Below, one piece after another: positions 61,751 to 64,000 of a stretch of DNA of 64,000 nucleotides. The stretch lies in assembly GCF_006345805.1 (NCBI RefSeq), contig NC_043026.1:7812001-7876000 (forward strand). The letters run 5' to 3'. A program made the translations under genes and the position numbers. This DNA comes from Octopus sinensis (taxonomy: Eukaryota). The notes below the pieces were generated by a model. The model was not told the DNA's origin. It ran no database searches and was given only the letters and a program-made list of their open reading frames with translations. Each line of letters starts with the position of its first letter. Positions within the stretch are counted from its first letter, which is position 1.

Positions 61751-63593
61751 ATTGGGAAATATATAGTAAATGTTCTAAATAGTGCAATCATTATTATCTG
61801 ATAAAGAATTCAATATTTTGGGTAGAATGGGCAGAGAACTCTGTTATATGACTTGCTCCTTTTTACTATAAGCACAAAGTCTGAAATTTTGGGTAAGGAT
61901 GCTAATGAATTACATTGACCCCAGTGTGTAACTGGTACTTATTTCATCAATCCTGAAAGAATAAAAGCAAAGTCAGCTGTGGTAGAATTTGAATTCAGAA
62001 TGTAAAGATAAACGAAATATTGCTGAGTGTTTTCTCCATCATTCTTCTGATTCTGCCAGCTGACCCATGGTTGGTCATAATTGTTGGGATTAGCCAAGAC
62101 GTGGGTGTGATCCTGGGGTATTAATGATGCAGTCTTGACTTCAATGCCGCTGCATAGCATCTTGTGTGCCATACCTTGAGAGTAGCATTGAGTAAATGGA
62201 AATAGTAAAGGATCCCTCTAATCCTTTGAATACCAACCTGGCTGAAACTGCCCCTGGTTCTGTAGTACAAATGCCTTGTTTACATAAGCTTTGAATTAAA
62301 ATCTTCCACCAAACCTTAGTCTACTAAATTCTTATATTTAAAATCAATTGTATGAATAATTCAAAACAAGGTGAATAAACATTACATTTGACAGAAACAT
62401 CAGAACACTGAAAGCTTAAAAGTATATGTCTGTGGAATATTCAGCCACTTACATGTTAATTCCATGAGCTTATTGGTTCAGTTTTTCCAATAACTGAAAA
62501 CGTGTTGGAAATTCTGCCCAAAATCCATTTTTATCTATGTTATTTCTTGTTGTGTGCTTAAGTGTCACCCTTTCCACTGTTTCAATTATGGAAAGACATT
62601 GAAGAAGACATGGTATTGAAACCTTCAAAACAAACAAGTCGAGTGTTATACTCAAGGCAACCTTGATTATGGAACAACAGTGTTCAAACAATCTCTAAAT
62701 CTATTCATCAAAATACTTTTATAAAGAGCTTTTATAAACTGTGAAATTTCCATTGTAGCCATTACTGTTTCTCTATTAGTGTACCACCTATCCATGGAAG
62801 GCGAAGTGGGTTTATCAGAGATTTGAACTGCAGTTTCGGAACCACACAAATATTGACAGAAAGACACCGATCCCCTTTGTTAGCCATTTTCTGGCGTTCC
62901 TCTCATTCTGGAAAGGGTTGAGGGTTGTTTAGAATGTTTTGAAGTTGCTGATTAGACACAAGTCAGTCCAGGTTGAACAGACATTCTAGCCAAGACTACC
63001 ACATAGGACTGCATTATTCAGTGTGTCTGAAGACTTGGCTGCTATGTCTAGCTTGTTGAGCAGCTGTGTAGGGACCACCCTATGTTGGTTTGAAAGTTTT
63101 TAGTTCTTTTTGTTATTGTTGTTTAATCAGGAAGGAAAAGGCAGTTCCCTTGATATTTTATATTTTTTAGGGTCCACCTAGTGGGGAGAGAAGACGTAAT
63201 TCTCAAACCAGAGACCTGGCTTCAGTACTTCAAACACAGTACCCTCTCCCCACTAAAGTGACCCCAGCATCAGGTGAGGGATTAAGTCTACTACACAACT
63301 TGTAAGAATAGAAAGGGAGGGATTAGACACCACAAGGTATCTCTAACGATGTTCTAACAATTTGCTGGCCAGGTATTTTGTCTTATTGATCCTTGGAATG
63401 GATGAATGGTTAAGATGATGTTGGTCAGAACGGAACACCACTAGGTATATTATTCTCTGCTCTAACAAGCTTACTAATTCACATAAAACATTCTGTTGAA
63501 GTTGACCTCTCTCTCTCTACATTCAATGGACCCACCTCATTTACTTGACAATGTCCAATTGAAGTTCTGTGGTTTCTCTTTTCATTTGTGCAG

Positions 63594-63779
63594 TGACTGA
63601 GCAGAGCCAGTTCGGCGTCAATCCATCGGCCATGTTGAGTGATGAAATCGACTGGCTCAGTAATTTTGTCACCTCTGAGTACATCGAGCTTCGTACCACA
63701 GAAAACATGCTGATGGCTGGTCACCTGAAGTTGTGTAAAACTCTGTTTACCTGTGAACAAGTTGATAAAGAAGAATTTG
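63594..63779 (+). CDS. USP24: USP24 exon (TEQSQFGVNPSAMLSDEIDWL...AGHLKLCKTL...KEEF-G)
   Basis: tgcag acceptor, G|gtaagt donor, 186 nt, phase 1-1. Confidence 0.94.
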
Positions 63780-64000
63780 GTAAGTTTCCAAATATTCTCT
63801 GAATGTCAATATAGTTGTCCTGTCATCCAAGATACATTTGTCCTTTGGTGTGAAAAGATATAGAGAATAAACTTTTGTTTCTGTTGGATTAAAATAATCA
63901 AGATTTTCTTTTGTTTCATAAATGTTTGTAAAAAAAAAACTGTTTGACAAAAGAAGGTGATAAGCAACAAAAGGTTTCAGGTACCCCTTACCATTTTCTA

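Larger units (their letters stand above)
1245..63779 (+). other. USP24: Internal portion of a multi-exon USP24-like ubiquitin carboxyl-terminal hydrolase gene (no start or stop codon in window)
   Basis: The spliced translation is colinear with recalled vertebrate USP24 motifs: VDDLRLD..LRMLKSPHF.AKMNSLKEV, ALEGNIDQAQYCD, LHKKFI..CY.RLE, ILPHG.SF.G, NKDQKLLHQL, LYNLEVLSSKLMPT, WAAAAGRL, AGHL.L.KTL. All introns are GT-AG and exon phases match. Confidence 0.95.

Noticed and set aside
62470-62960. Minus-strand coding-like relic (possible DNA transposase); similar unclassified stretches at ~10240-10800, 32100-32590, 42590-42940 and 45900-46950
   Set aside because: Too decayed to assign a family from motifs by eye; needs tBLASTx or RepeatMasker.
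1-64000. Most short ORFs in the six-frame track as independent genes
   Set aside because: They are microsatellite read-throughs, antisense shadows of repeats, or exon-plus-intron extensions of USP24. Many begin at TTG/GTG, which is not meaningful in this eukaryotic context.

Overview
This is AT-rich, microsatellite-dense eukaryotic genomic DNA. The SINE, RTE and microsatellite landscape suggests an octopus or other coleoid cephalopod (inference, not verified). The whole window lies inside one + strand gene, a USP24-type deubiquitinase. I traced 29 well-supported GT-AG exons with continuous reading phase from 1245 to 63779. They cover the N-terminal helical and Ubl-containing region, upstream of the catalytic USP domain; neither the start nor the stop codon is in the window. 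Two further in-frame candidate cassette exons were found (29254-29331, 35786-35812). The introns hold many transposon relics: Tc1 IR/DR, mariner and maT-like elements, a hAT element with an 8-bp TSD, a Helitron, RTE, Tx1/L1, R4/Dong and Penelope-like fragments, and several tRNA-derived SINE families. Best leads: (1) two tandem short exons both ending in L-D-Q, possibly mutually exclusive; (2) a symmetric 78-nt cassette exon; (3) minimal hammerhead-ribozyme motifs in introns; (4) a ~525-bp near-perfect intronic palindrome; (5) a Helitron carrying a captured ORF1-like fragment; (6) minisatellites abutting splice sites. All homology calls come from recalled protein and repeat motifs, not database searches. 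Repeat boundaries are approximate unless termini are quoted.
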